Notes: generated from the sequence alone by a model not told the origin. Counted from the first letter of the stretch, positions 40,282 to 52,823 are shown. The stretch: DNA of 64,000 nt from an uncultured Streptococcus sp. (GCF_934229725.1 NZ_CAKQDX010000010.1); one strand, 5' to 3'. Program-made: numbers and translations.

Positions 40282-41490
40282 TTATCTCCCAATCGTCTCT
40301 AGGTATTCTCGAACAGCTGTCACCATCTCATCTACTTGGTCATCCTTAAAGACTTGATTCTCTCCAGTTTGATCATGATTGGTCCCTTCAAAAGAGAAAA
40401 CAGGAAGCCCCAACTGATGAATCGTTTCTGTAATATGATCAACCTCGTCAAATGGATTAATATCCAAATAGAAATCTATTTTTTCCAAAACCTTGCGACT
40501 GGTTAGAGGGTCAAATGAGGGATAGAGGATAAGATTGGGATACTGCTCCAATTGCACTAGGTTAAAACCAAAATGAGAGTGAGCTAAGACATGAAAAGCC
40601 ACATCGGGAAGGGCTTGTAACAAGCCTTCCAACTCAAAAATATCTGCCGTATTGGTATAAATAGCCGTATGATAAGAAAAATCTCCCACTAGATCACTAA
40701 AGTTGAGCTTTACGGCTGGCTTTCTCAATAAGATATCTTCCCATGATAAGGCATAATAAAACCACCAGATATCCCTGAAACGATTAAAACGTTTAGCAGT
40801 CCAAGGCTTGTTGTAAGAGGTGTAATGGATAACTGCTGGTACCCCTTTAAAGGTATCATACCAATCCAGATCACCGTATATGTACTGGTCCTTATCAGAA
40901 CCTACTTGAAGATTATAAGTCCAAGGAAGTCTGAGCCAAGCATCCTTAAAATACAAATTCAAGATTCCCTGATCGCCATAGACTTCTTGGTGATGTTTCT
41001 GCGTTAAATCAAAGAGAGATTCTGTTACCTTATGTTGACGCCACCAAGCAGTGTCAATAACCATCAAACCAGCATTGAAGCCTTCCGTCGTTGTTGGACA
41101 ATCCACTACTGCTCCAATACCAAGACCATTCAAATCTACCTCAAAAAGCGGTGACAAATCTTGTGTAAAAATCATATCACTATCTAAATAGAGAACACGA
41201 TCTTCTTGAACAAAGTCTGGAATCGCATAACGGAAGAAAGTCGCATAATGAATATGTGCACTCGGAAGCGAAAATGCTTTAAAACTTTCTGCAGATACTC
41301 GACAATTGACAACCTCCGATGCAATGGTTTCTAAACGACGATTCATAAGCGCAAACCATTCTGTTGGTAAATTCTCATTTAAGACATAGATTTTCCAATG
41401 TCCCTGATGGGCGCATAGAGACTTAAGAGCCACCTCTAACTTTTCCATGTAAGATAGGTCGGCTACAAATACAACTGATTTTTTATCCAT
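40282..41490 (-). CDS. GT8-family glycosyltransferase with C-terminal extension
   Basis: GT8 hallmarks FFRYAIPDF and DxD LYLDSDMIF. 402 aa. Confidence 0.8.
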   Translation of the reverse strand: MDKKSVVFVADLSYMEKLEVALKSLCAHQGHWKIYVLNENLPTEWFALMNRRLETIASEVVNCRVSAESFKAFSLPSAHIHYATFFRYAIPDFVQEDRVLYLDSDMIFTQDLSPLFEVDLNGLGIGAVVDCPTTTEGFNAGLMVIDTAWWRQHKVTESLFDLTQKHHQEVYGDQGILNLYFKDAWLRLPWTYNLQVGSDKDQYIYGDLDWYDTFKGVPAVIHYTSYNKPWTAKRFNRFRDIWWFYYALSWEDILLRKPAVKLNFSDLVGDFSYHTAIYTNTADIFELEGLLQALPDVAFHVLAHSHFGFNLVQLEQYPNLILYPSFDPLTSRKVLEKIDFYLDINPFDEVDHITETIHQLGLPVFSFEGTNHDQTGENQVFKDDQVDEMVTAVREYLETIGR

Positions 41491-41552
41491 GTTTTCTCCC
41501 TCTCAAACTCTAATAAGAATATCATTTTTTAGAAAACATTACAATTTCTATA

Positions 41553-41580
41553 CTTTAAAAACTCAGCCTAGTGGCTGAGT
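41553..41580 (-). terminator. Rho-independent terminator downstream of bglA
   Basis: ACTCAGCC-tagt-GGCTGAGT perfect 8-bp stem with a T-run on the minus strand. Confidence 0.7.
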
Positions 41581-41749
41581 TAGATGGAAGACAAAGTCTT
41601 CTTAATTTAAAATGCCTTAAAATCATTTGTCTAGGTTCTTAATCAACTTAGTGCTAACTAGGTTCGCAACATCGAACCCAGACAATCACACGACTAAAAG
41701 ACCAAACATCGCTTGAATTAGAGATAGCTTTAATAAAAGATCAAAAGTC

Positions 41750-43219
<1,470 letters not shown>

Positions 43220-43316
43220 CTAGTAATAGTATACAATACTTTGCAATCGTTTTCCTGTAGTTTACGACAAAAAATCGAGAATAGGATAGATTCCTACTCT
43301 CGATGATGACTCAATC

Positions 43317-43868
43317 TTACTCCACAATTGTTGCTCCAAGCACATTCTTAAAATGCCCAATCGCAAAGTCATGCGCTTCAGGCGTCAAGGATGCTGTTGC
43401 ACTTGCTACAACCTCGATATCATAACCTAGATTATAAGCATCAATAGCCGTATGTAGCACACAAATATCTGTTAAAACTCCCGTCAAAACGACTGTCGTC
43501 ACACGACGTTCACGCAAACGAATATCCAAATCAGTTCCTGAAAATGCTGAATAGTGACGCTTGTCCATCCAAAAGACACGACTATCATCCTTGATGGCGT
43601 CATACACTCCAGCTAATTTGCCATAAAGTTCACGTCCAGATGTCCCTGCAATATTGTGAGGTGGAAAGAGCTTGGTCTCAGGATGGAAAGTATCTCCTTC
43701 ATCATGTCGGTCCATAGCCACAAAGATATAATCTCCATTATCATAGGCTTCCTGAGTCACCTGAGCAATGCGATCTTCAATGGCTTGAGCTGGCTTTCCA
43801 GCCGTCAACTTCCCGTCATCCGCTACAAAGTCATAAGAATAATCAATTGAAATCAATGCTTTTGTCAT
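43317..43868 (-). CDS. pncA: Nicotinamidase/pyrazinamidase (isochorismatase family)
   Basis: MTKALISIDYSYDF... and VVLTGVLTDICVLHTAIDA (catalytic Cys), 183 aa, typical PncA. Confidence 0.8.
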   Translation of the reverse strand: MTKALISIDYSYDFVADDGKLTAGKPAQAIEDRIAQVTQEAYDNGDYIFVAMDRHDEGDTFHPETKLFPPHNIAGTSGRELYGKLAGVYDAIKDDSRVFWMDKRHYSAFSGTDLDIRLRERRVTTVVLTGVLTDICVLHTAIDAYNLGYDIEVVASATASLTPEAHDFAIGHFKNVLGATIVE

Positions 43869-43935
43869 GTTACTTTCTCCTTTTTAAAAAAGTGGGGCAG
43901 TTACCACCTACCTCACTTTTACGTCAAAATTTTTC

Positions 43936-44721
43936 TTATTCGTATTCTTTCAATTTGTCGTAGATACCTTCGTTAAGAACTTTAAGGTAAGTCCCTTTCA
44001 TACCAAGTGAACGGCTTTCAATAATACCAGCTGATTCCAACTTACGAAGGGCATTAACGATAACTGAACGGGTGATACCAATACGGTCAGCGATAACAGA
44101 AGCTGTCAAACGACCTTCCAAACCGTCCAACTCATTCAAGATAGCTGAAACTGCCTTGATTTCTGAGTAAGACAAGGTATTAATAGCCATGTTAATAGCT
44201 GTTTGTTTACGAATGGTTTCTTCCAAGTTTTCTGTTTGAAGGTTCAACAATTGCAAACCAACTACTGTAGAGGCAATCTCAACCAAGATAAGGTCTTCAT
44301 CCACAAAGTCATGATCATTACGCCAGATGATGAAAGATCCAAGACGCATACCACCACCATAAATAGGCGCAATAGTCGTCAAACCATCTGGAAAGTCATC
44401 CTTTGATTCCACTGGGAAAATAGTCAAGTCACTATCAATACCAATATTTTCTTGAGTGTCATAGACACGACTGATACCACGTGTGTATTCTTCTGGGAGT
44501 TGTTTGGCTTCAAAAAACTCTTCTACACGATCGTTATTGGTTTTGTATTTCATGGCATAACCAAGGAGGGCACCACCACCATTAACGATAGCAGCGTTAC
44601 AATCGATGATGTCTGCCAACTGAGCAGCCATGTTATTGTATGGAAGATCTCCTTCCAAGCTATCTACTGAGCGTTGCAAGATAGATGTAATTTTACGAGT
44701 TTTAGCCAGCAAATTTGCCAT
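43936..44721 (-). CDS. codY: GTP/branched-chain-amino-acid-sensing global regulator CodY
   Basis: [16 protein letters not shown]... and C-terminal [41 protein letters not shown]. Start at the internal ATG 44721. Confidence 0.95.
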   Translation of the reverse strand: MANLLAKTRKITSILQRSVDSLEGDLPYNNMAAQLADIIDCNAAIVNGGGALLGYAMKYKTNNDRVEEFFEAKQLPEEYTRGISRVYDTQENIGIDSDLTIFPVESKDDFPDGLTTIAPIYGGGMRLGSFIIWRNDHDFVDEDLILVEIASTVVGLQLLNLQTENLEETIRKQTAINMAINTLSYSEIKAVSAILNELDGLEGRLTASVIADRIGITRSVIVNALRKLESAGIIESRSLGMKGTYLKVLNEGIYDKLKEYE

Positions 44722-44987
44722 ATTTATTATCTTCACTTTCTATTTGTAATCTTAATAATCTCAGGTCCTGTACCAAACATAGCCGTCAAGACCCACTAGC
44801 CCTATCATTATAGCACACTTAACCTATAAATTGCAAACAATTGTCTGAAAATTATTTATTATTCTACTATTCATTATATTAAGTCAATTATGTCTTTTTC
44901 AGCTAAAACGTTCGGATTTTAGCTGAAATGTCCGCTTTTTAGGTACCAAGAAAACTGGACAAATCCTTTTGCCCAGTTGTTTACATA

Positions 44988-46202
44988 TTAGCGCTTGTAA
45001 TATGACAAGACACGTTCAATTTTATTTCCCAGATCAGCCAACTCTTCCACACGAGGAAGGTAAACAATACGGAAGTGGTCTGGTTCATTCCAGTTAAAGC
45101 CTTTACCCGGAACCAAGAGAACCTTCTCCTTCTTCAAGAGACGAAGGCAGAACTCTTCATCATCGTCAATATCATACATATTACGATCAATTTTAGGGAA
45201 GATATAAAGACCTGCATCTGGCTTCACAGCTGTAAGCCCTGGAATAGCATTAACGGTATTCGTGATGAACTCACGTTGTTCATAGATACGACCGCCAGGG
45301 ATCAAGAGCTCGTCTACAGACTGGTAGCCCCCAAGTGAGGTTTGGATAACGTGTTGAGAAAGCACATTGGCACAAAGACGCATGTTGGCCAGCATGTTAA
45401 GACCTTCAATATAGCCTTTGACATTTCTCTTTGGTCCAGAAAGAACCATCCATCCCACACGGAAACCACAGATACGGTGAGACTTAGAAAGGCCGTTCAT
45501 AGAGACACAGAAAACGTCTGGTGCAAGACTAGCAATAGCAATGTGCTTTTTACCATCCATTACCAAGCGGTCATAAATCTCATCCGCAAAGATAATTAAA
45601 TCGTTTTGGCGTGCAATATCGACAATCTGTTCAAGAACATCTTTAGGGTAAAGAGCACCTGTCGGATTATTCGGATTAATGACGACAATTGCCTTGGTAT
45701 TTGAAGTAATCTTAGACTTGATGTCATCAATATCTGGATACCAGTTTGATTTTTCATCACAGACATAGTGCACAGCATTACCGCCAGCTAGACTCACACA
45801 GGCTGTCCAAAGAGGATAGTCTGGCATTGGCACCAAAACTTCGTCTCCGTCATCAAGCAAGGCCTGCATAGACATAGAAATCATCTCTGAAACACCATTA
45901 CCAATATAGATATCATCAATATCTACATTTGGGAAGCCCTTAAGCTGGCAATACTGCATAATAGCCTTACGAGCTGAGAAAATCCCCTTACTATCTGAAT
46001 ACCCTTCACTGTTACGAACATTCATAATCAAGTCACGAATGACTTCATCTGGTGCTGTAAAGCCAAATTCCGCAGGATTTCCCGTATTAAGACGAAGAAT
46101 CTTTTCACCATTAGCAATCAAGCGGTTGGCCTCATCCAAAACTGGTCCACGAATATCATAGGCAACGTGTTCCAACTTTGATGATTTATCAAATGTTTTC
46201 AT
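44988..46202 (-). CDS. PLP-dependent aminotransferase class I/II (AlaA-like alanine/aspartate transaminase)
   Basis: N-terminus MKTFDKSSKLEHVAYDIRGPVLDEANRL resembles AlaA. PLP lysine motif SMNGLSKSHRICGFRVGW. 404 aa. Confidence 0.85.
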   Translation of the reverse strand: MKTFDKSSKLEHVAYDIRGPVLDEANRLIANGEKILRLNTGNPAEFGFTAPDEVIRDLIMNVRNSEGYSDSKGIFSARKAIMQYCQLKGFPNVDIDDIYIGNGVSEMISMSMQALLDDGDEVLVPMPDYPLWTACVSLAGGNAVHYVCDEKSNWYPDIDDIKSKITSNTKAIVVINPNNPTGALYPKDVLEQIVDIARQNDLIIFADEIYDRLVMDGKKHIAIASLAPDVFCVSMNGLSKSHRICGFRVGWMVLSGPKRNVKGYIEGLNMLANMRLCANVLSQHVIQTSLGGYQSVDELLIPGGRIYEQREFITNTVNAIPGLTAVKPDAGLYIFPKIDRNMYDIDDDEEFCLRLLKKEKVLLVPGKGFNWNEPDHFRIVYLPRVEELADLGNKIERVLSYYKR

Positions 46203-46556
46203 AAGTTAATCCTTTCAAAAAATACTAAAAGTAGATACATCTAGTAGAAAATAAAAAATTCAACACCTGATGGGGATTCCTACTTTTCTTGACACCATCT
46301 AGGGCTTAACCCATGGCATCAGTTAAGAAGACTTATTCTCTTCTCCATTATCACGTTTCTTACGAAGCTAATAACAGATTGTATTATACCTCTTTTTCCA
46401 GTAATCTTCAATTTTGGACAATAGCAAAATCCCTTCACTGCGTAAATGGCTCTTTTTAGGTAAAGATTTAAAAAAAGATTTCAGAAAATATATAATAACG
46501 CTTTCACTTTTTAAATTAAAAGAGTATAATAGGGCTAAAGATAGGAGGTAGAGCTT

Positions 46557-47009
46557 ATGTCTCAACAATATGAACGTATTATGGTAGCTATCGATGGTTC
46601 TTACGAATCCGAACTAGCCTTTATCAAAGGTGTGCATGTTGCAAAACGTAACGATGCACAGTTACTTTTAGTACACGTTATCGATACACGCGCCCTTCAA
46701 AGCGTTGCGACTTTCGACTCTTACATCTATGAAAAACTAGAAGACGAAGCTAAAGCTGTTTTGGCCGATTTTGAACGTCAAGCCAAGGAAGCTGGATTAA
46801 CCAAGATTCGTAAAGTCATTGAGTTCGGTAATCCTAAGAGTCTCTTGGCCGTTGACATTCCTGAAAAGGAAAACGTTGACCTCATCATGGTTGGTGCAAC
46901 TGGTCTTAATACTTTTGAACGCTTGCTTATCGGTTCATCTTCTGAATACATTCTCCGTCACGCAAAAGTTGACTTGCTTATTGTTCGTGACTCAGAAAAA
47001 ACACTTTAG
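46557..47009 (+). CDS. Universal stress protein (UspA family)
   Basis: 150 aa. MSQQYERIMVAIDGSYESELAF...DLIMVGATGLNTFERLLIGSSSEYILRHAKVDLLIV. RBS AGGAGG. Upstream TATAAT. Confidence 0.9.
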   Translation: MSQQYERIMVAIDGSYESELAFIKGVHVAKRNDAQLLLVHVIDTRALQSVATFDSYIYEKLEDEAKAVLADFERQAKEAGLTKIRKVIEFGNPKSLLAVDIPEKENVDLIMVGATGLNTFERLLIGSSSEYILRHAKVDLLIVRDSEKTL

Positions 47010-47090
47010 TCGCCTCTCACAAGCACCTACGGTGCTTTTTTTCATACGAAAAAGAACTGGGACACTTTTGCCTCAGTTCCTTTGTTTATT

Positions 47091-47843
47091 CTATTTTTCA
47101 GACTTAGCCGATTCAGATACTTCTTCAGACTCTGAACTTGCTTGACTTTTTTCCTTTAACACTTCACTAGCAGATTGGCTTGAAACACCTGCTTGCTCTA
47201 AAGCAAGGCTAGTTGAAAGACTCTCACGTTCAGCTTCCTGACTAAGGCTAGCTTCAACAATCATCAATTCTTTTTGACGCTCAGTCTCACGCTGGTATTC
47301 ACGTTCTTCCAGTTCATCCTGACGTCGTCTTTCTTGCTCACGTCTTTGAGCTCTTTGACGCTCACGTTTAGCATGGCGTTTTTGCGTCTCATCAATCAAG
47401 ACCTTCGTGTTGTCTTTGATACGCATCAACTTAACAAGACGAACCAAAAGTCTCCAAAGGAAAACAACAATGGACTCTGCAAAAAGTAGAATCTCTACTA
47501 TAATGACTCCCAACAAACTCCAAGCCATGAAAAGTGTGATCAACAACTGCGTGAAAATTTTCTTCAAATCACCCAAGTGATTATTATGGATATTAAGGGT
47601 CTCAAGGAAAAGATCCAAAATACCTTGCAAGAGATTAGACTTAACAGACTTATCTCCGTCAAGACTCAAGTCTGTTTGGACTTCTGCCGGAGTAACCACG
47701 GTCAATTCGCCATCTTGGTAGACTTCTACACGGTCTCCCAAATCGATAGCAAAATCAAATAGGGCTTTATCTATTTTCTTTAAACGCCCATCAGGATGAC
47801 TAAGATAGACAAAGTCATCATCAATTTTTAATATACGAAACAT
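47091..47843 (-). CDS. Membrane protein with N-terminal soluble domain, central TM hairpin and Arg/Glu-rich then Ser/Glu-rich tail, hypothetical
   Basis: 250 aa. TM LLITLFMAWSLLGVIIVEILLFAESIVVFLW. Charged repeat RERQRAQRREQERRRQDELEEREYQRETERQKE. Confidence 0.5.
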   Translation of the reverse strand: MFRILKIDDDFVYLSHPDGRLKKIDKALFDFAIDLGDRVEVYQDGELTVVTPAEVQTDLSLDGDKSVKSNLLQGILDLFLETLNIHNNHLGDLKKIFTQLLITLFMAWSLLGVIIVEILLFAESIVVFLWRLLVRLVKLMRIKDNTKVLIDETQKRHAKRERQRAQRREQERRRQDELEEREYQRETERQKELMIVEASLSQEAERESLSTSLALEQAGVSSQSASEVLKEKSQASSESEEVSESAKSEK

Positions 47844-48122
47844 AATTTACCTGCTTTTTAGTGCTTCATAAATAATAACAAAGTTAAAAAGCTCTTGTCA
47901 AGAGCTTGTCAAACGGATACAAACAATATGAAATACGTCATGAACTAAGAAACTCTACAAAAACGTGAAATAAGTCCTTATTTCACAAGCAAAGTGAACA
48001 TGGGTCTAGACTTTCCCTTATGATAAAAATGCTCAAAACAGTTTGTTTCAAGCACTCCATCATATTAAAATCAGTTAGGAAAACTGTTTTAGACTGGGCC
48101 TAAACCTCAAAGAGTTAGCATT

Positions 48123-48923
48123 TTAGTCCAAAGTTTTGACACCAACACGGTTCTTGTATTCTTGGTAGGTTTCAGTATGCATGAGGGCCTTAGCATTTTT
48201 AACACGGTCCATAGTTGGTGGTTTGACCCCTTCCAAAGGATATGGAATACCAAGTTCACGCCACTTGAATTCACCCATAGTATGATAAGGAAGAATCTCA
48301 AACTTATCAACATTTTTCAAGGTCTTTACAAACTCACCAAGCTTAACCAAGTGATCGTCAAAGTCAGTCAATCCAGGCACCAAGACGTGACGAATCCAGA
48401 CTGGCACTTGTTTATCAGACAAGTATTTTGCAAATGCCAAGATATTCGTATTAGGTTGGCGAGTTACAAATTTGTGTTGTTCTGGGTCAATCTCTTTGAT
48501 GTCAAGCAGGACCAAATCAGTCACAGCCAAGAGTTTGTCAACAACTTCATGATACTCAGGAGTATTACGGTAGGCAAAACCACAAGTATCAAGTGTACAG
48601 TGAATACCTAACTTTTTAGCCTCTGTAAAAAGGGCCGTAACAAAATCAATCTGAAGCATGGCCTCACCACCAGACACAGTGATACCACCTTGCTCTCCCC
48701 AGAAATGACGGAAACGAAGAGCTTCTTCTAAGACATCCTCGACAGTACGCTCAACAGCCTTATTTGACTCCATAGCCCATGTATCTGGGTTATGGCAATA
48801 TTGGCAACGCATCTTACAGCCTTGCATAAAAACAATAAAACGGATACCCGGACCATCTACAGATCCAAAACTTTCAGTCGAATGAACCAGTCCAGTCACC
48901 TGACTGTAATCAATTTCTGCCAT
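48123..48923 (-). CDS. pflA: Pyruvate formate-lyase activating enzyme (radical SAM)
   Basis: CxxxCxxC radical-SAM cluster motif GCKMRCQYCHNPDTW and glycine-radical activase architecture. 266 aa. Confidence 0.9.
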   Translation of the reverse strand: MAEIDYSQVTGLVHSTESFGSVDGPGIRFIVFMQGCKMRCQYCHNPDTWAMESNKAVERTVEDVLEEALRFRHFWGEQGGITVSGGEAMLQIDFVTALFTEAKKLGIHCTLDTCGFAYRNTPEYHEVVDKLLAVTDLVLLDIKEIDPEQHKFVTRQPNTNILAFAKYLSDKQVPVWIRHVLVPGLTDFDDHLVKLGEFVKTLKNVDKFEILPYHTMGEFKWRELGIPYPLEGVKPPTMDRVKNAKALMHTETYQEYKNRVGVKTLD

Positions 48924-49185
48924 GGCAGCCTCCTTGAAAACGCTTTTTACATAAACTCATTATACCTTTTTTACGAAAAACATGCTTCTTATCTGCCCGA
49001 ATTAAAGCAAAGGTTATACTATAATACATCTCCAGTAAGATATAAACTATACTATACCAGAAAGAAAAATCGGAAATAAACCAGTCTTAGAACACAGACA
49101 GACGAATCTGAACATCCCATAAATAAGCATTTCTGCAAAATCTTTAGTGTAAGGCACAGAAAATATAAATTGAGACTCTTTGCTA

Positions 49186-49222
49186 CGACAAAAACGCCTG
49201 AAGCTAAAAAGTTTCAGGCGTT
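49186..49222 (-). terminator. Rho-independent terminator downstream of the small LPXTG protein gene
   Basis: AACGCCTGAA-gctaaaaagt-TTCAGGCGTT 10-bp stem with a T-run on the minus strand. Confidence 0.75.
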
Positions 49223-49366
49223 CGAAATTCTTGAGACTTAAGGCTTAAAAATAAGGCATGGAACTTCGAAAAAGTTCGCCGACATCCCTCATCACCTAAG
49301 GAAAGTCTCAAAATAAGAATTTATGTTAAATCTAAAACTAGAAGAAATCCAGTCTTTTCTGATAGA

Positions 49367-50101
49367 TTAAGCACGTTTTTTGAAGCCCAAAAAGGCTGCT
49401 GCTGCAAGGAAGAAAGTCCCTGCAAGAGTCAAGAAGGTTGCTGATTCTTCACCGGTCTTAGGAAGGGTTACTTCTTTACCTTTAGCATCTTTACCTGTCA
49501 ATGTTCCATCAGTGTTAACCTTAAATCCTACCGCTTCAGGAGCAACAACACTTGTTGTACCATCAGTATTTGCAATAACAACTTGGCTATTTTGTGTAGA
49601 AACAATTGTTTGGCCAGCTGCTGTCACAACTGGAGCTGCTGGTGTAACAGTCACAACAGGTTGTCCATTGACATTCACTGCAGGAATCTCAGGTGTTTGA
49701 GGGTTCTCTTTTGTTTCAGTATTAGCCGATGGTGCTGCTGTATCAGGCTTGTCAGCTGGTTTTTCAGCAGGTTTATCTGACGACTCAGTTGTTGGAGCTG
49801 GTGTTGCTGGCGTTTCTGGAGTCGCTGGCGCTGTTGGCGTCGTAGGAGTCTCAGGCGTCGCTGGTACTTCAGGGACAGCAGGAGCAGTTGGCGTTGTTGC
49901 ACCTGTATTTGAATCATTACTGCGGGCCAAATCGCCATCACTTGGCGCTGTAGAAGAGCCTGTTGTTCCACGCTCTGCTGTCGGTTGCGTAATCAAAGCA
50001 TCATTTGTAGCAATGCCATCATCCGCATAAGAAGTTACTGGTACTAAAGCTCCTAGGGTAAGGAAAAGCAATCCACTATAGATAGATTTTTTAGAAGCCA
50101 T
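49367..50101 (-). CDS. LPXTG-anchored cell-wall surface protein, Pro/Thr-rich
   Basis: Signal peptide MASKKSIYSGLLFLTLGALVPVTSYA. PT-rich region. C-terminal LPKTG plus hydrophobic stretch plus KKRA sortase sorting signal. Confidence 0.85.
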   Translation of the reverse strand: MASKKSIYSGLLFLTLGALVPVTSYADDGIATNDALITQPTAERGTTGSSTAPSDGDLARSNDSNTGATTPTAPAVPEVPATPETPTTPTAPATPETPATPAPTTESSDKPAEKPADKPDTAAPSANTETKENPQTPEIPAVNVNGQPVVTVTPAAPVVTAAGQTIVSTQNSQVVIANTDGTTSVVAPEAVGFKVNTDGTLTGKDAKGKEVTLPKTGEESATFLTLAGTFFLAAAAFLGFKKRA

Positions 50102-50452
50102 TAAAATTCTCCTTTTTTCATTTGTCAGTTAATTTATATTCTACCATAAAAAAGGAATAAAGGACTATTTTAATCAAAATCTTATCTATTTTTATTCTAA
50201 ATCTATCACAAGGAACAGATGTGTTTAAAATCCTTTAAACAAAAATTTCAAATCTGATAAAGATGTTCTCCTAAAGAAGGCAAAAATAGCTCAGCACCAT
50301 GCTTTGAGGCATTTTTCTCATTTTTTCATTTGGCTAAAGGAAATTTCACATGAAGATAAGAAAAAAGCGCCCTCTCATAAAGAGATGGAACGCTCAATTA
50401 TCATTTTCTGACCTTATAGCTCAAGGGTTTTCTAATCAAAATCCTCTTAAAG

Positions 50453-51784
50453 CTATTCTTCTACTTCTTCTGGAGCTTCTGTGATGATGACTTTAAGCTT
50501 GGTTACTCGACCGTCCTTAACCTTGTCATTGATAAACTCAAGGTGTTTATCTTTATTATTCACTTCATAGTGTTCTTTGACCTCTTGGGTAGGAATAGCT
50601 CCTACACCAGTCAAATAATAACCTGCGATAGTGTCAACATCATCACTCTCAAGTTCAGTGTCGAAGTATTCATTGAAGTCGTTAAGGGTCATTACCCCCT
50701 CAACAATATAGGTATTTTCACCAATTTCACGAACTTCTACACTAGCCTTATCTGTTTCATCATCAATCTCACCAACGATTTCTTCCAAAAGGTCCTCGAA
50801 GGTAACAAGACCAGCCACACCACCATATTCATCAAGCAAGATAGCCATCTGATTATTGGTGTTACGAAAGGCTTCCAAAAGGTCATTAACGAAGATTGTT
50901 TCTGGAACAAAGAGGGGCTCGTTCATGATGCGACGAAGCTTAACATTTTCAAAACCGAGCTCATAACCTGCTTGAAGGAGGTTTTTGGTATGGATAACAC
51001 CGATAATCTTATCCTTATCATCTTCGTAGACAGGGATACGAGAAAAGCTTTGCTTAAGAATGGCTTGGATATTTTCCTGAGTGTTGTCTTCAATATCAAT
51101 CATGAAGGCATCTGTACGAGGAACCATGACTTCACGCGCCATCAATTCATCAAGAGAGAAGACACCTTGAAGCATTTCAATTTCTTCAGCTTCAAGTGTT
51201 TCATCACTCTTGGTCAACATGTACTCAATCTCGTCACGTGTCATCTGCTCATCCGCATCATCAAAAGTCATAGGTGTCAAACGAGACAAAAGGTTGGTTG
51301 ATGCCGAAAGAATCCATACAAAAGGACTGACAATCTTACCAGTTACGATAATGACAGGTGCTGAGTAGATGGCCAGATTCTCCTTAAGGTTCATGGCAAT
51401 ACGCTTAGGATAAAGCTCACCAAAAACGATAGAAATGTAGGTCAAGACTACCAAAGATACCACGCTACCAGCTGTTTTAGCCCATGCTACGTGACCAAAC
51501 CAAGTTGCTATAACTGCTCCTAGTGAAGCAGAGAGACTGGCCCCTTGCAAAAGACTAATAAAAGTAATACCAACCTGAATAGTTGATAAGAAGTTATTGG
51601 GATTTTCAAGAACCTTGAGTAGGCGAATAAATTTCTTATCTCCCTCTTCTGCCTTTTGTTCGACACGAGAGCGATTGAGTGACACTAGGGCCATCTCAGA
51701 CGCTGAGAAAAAGGCTGTGAGCAGGGTTAAAATGACTAGTAAAATAAATTGAAATAATAAGGACTGACCACTGGAGTCTTCCAT
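50453..51784 (-). CDS. HlyC/CorC-family transporter (DUF21 membrane domain + CBS pair + CorC_HlyC domain)
   Basis: 443 aa. Four N-terminal TM helices, CBS-like segments, C-terminal transporter-associated domain. Confidence 0.85.
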   Translation of the reverse strand: MEDSSGQSLLFQFILLVILTLLTAFFSASEMALVSLNRSRVEQKAEEGDKKFIRLLKVLENPNNFLSTIQVGITFISLLQGASLSASLGAVIATWFGHVAWAKTAGSVVSLVVLTYISIVFGELYPKRIAMNLKENLAIYSAPVIIVTGKIVSPFVWILSASTNLLSRLTPMTFDDADEQMTRDEIEYMLTKSDETLEAEEIEMLQGVFSLDELMAREVMVPRTDAFMIDIEDNTQENIQAILKQSFSRIPVYEDDKDKIIGVIHTKNLLQAGYELGFENVKLRRIMNEPLFVPETIFVNDLLEAFRNTNNQMAILLDEYGGVAGLVTFEDLLEEIVGEIDDETDKASVEVREIGENTYIVEGVMTLNDFNEYFDTELESDDVDTIAGYYLTGVGAIPTQEVKEHYEVNNKDKHLEFINDKVKDGRVTKLKVIITEAPEEVEE

Positions 51785-51895
51785 TTTTTTCTTCTCCTCT
51801 AAAAAAAATTCTGACTTTCATTATACCACAGTTTTCCAATAAAAGCCCTTATTTTATGCTATAATTAGAGTAATTTACCATCAAAGGAGAGACTT

Positions 51896-52678
51896 ATGTC
51901 ACTTATACGATTAGAAAATGTCGGTTTGACTCGCCAAGGAAAAACACTCTTGTCCAACTTGAACTGGACAGTGGAGAAAGGGCAAACCTGGGCCATTCTA
52001 GGTCTTAATGGTGCTGGGAAATCCACTCTCCTACGTCTGTTGACTGCTGATTTTTTCCCAAGTGAAGGTCAAGCTGAGATCCTTGGCTATAGCTTTGGTA
52101 ATGGCGATATCACAGGCCTTCGCAAACAGATTGGTATTGTTAGTTCCTTTATCACCGAGCGTCTGCCTAAGCATATGACCGCTGAAAAGATCGTACTTAC
52201 CGGTAAGTACAAGAGTTCAATCCTCTATAAGGCATACGGCGACAAAGAATTACAAGAAGCTAAGGACATGCTGGTGTCACTTGGAGCTGGGGAACTGATT
52301 GGTCGCCAATACCACGGCCTGTCTCAAGGGGAAAAACAAATTTGTTTGATTGCTCGTAGCCTTATGGAAGACCCTGACATCATTATCCTTGACGAAGCGA
52401 CTGTTGGCTTGGACCTCTTTGCTCGTGAAAAACTCTTGCGTCAGATTGATCGCATCACTTCACTTCCTCATGCTCCACTGGTCCTTTATGTCACCCACCA
52501 CGCTGAGGAAATCACTGAAAATATGGACCACATCCTTCTGCTCCGCCAAGGAAAGATCGTGGCTCAAGGGGCTAAAAATGACATCATCACACCGGAAGTC
52601 TTGGCTGATTTCTACCAAAATCCTGTTCAAATCATTCCTATTGATGACCACCGTTTTTACATTAACCCACTTCTCTAA
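51896..52678 (+). CDS. ABC transporter ATP-binding protein (orphan ATPase)
   Basis: Walker A GLNGAGKSTLL, signature LSQGEKQICLIARSL, Walker B IIILDEATVGLD. Confidence 0.85.
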   Translation: MSLIRLENVGLTRQGKTLLSNLNWTVEKGQTWAILGLNGAGKSTLLRLLTADFFPSEGQAEILGYSFGNGDITGLRKQIGIVSSFITERLPKHMTAEKIVLTGKYKSSILYKAYGDKELQEAKDMLVSLGAGELIGRQYHGLSQGEKQICLIARSLMEDPDIIILDEATVGLDLFAREKLLRQIDRITSLPHAPLVLYVTHHAEEITENMDHILLLRQGKIVAQGAKNDIITPEVLADFYQNPVQIIPIDDHRFYINPLL

Positions 52679-52823
52679 AAATCAATCACTATTTATGAAC
52701 AACATCAAAGCAACAAGTCCCTCAGACCATAGACTGGGGGACTTGTTCTTTTATCACCACTCCTCTTTTATTTGAGATACGCCATACAAAATTAAGGCTG
52801 GAACGATGAGCTGTTCTATAGAT

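Noticed and set aside
50543-51301. 252-aa plus-strand ORF
   Set aside because: It is antisense to the well-supported HlyC/CorC transporter gene. It is hydrophobic and low-complexity, as expected for the reverse complement of a membrane-protein gene.
52350-52775. 141-aa plus-strand ORF overlapping the 3' end of the ABC ATPase gene
   Set aside because: It is an alternate frame of the ATPase gene extended past its stop. No RBS or motif.
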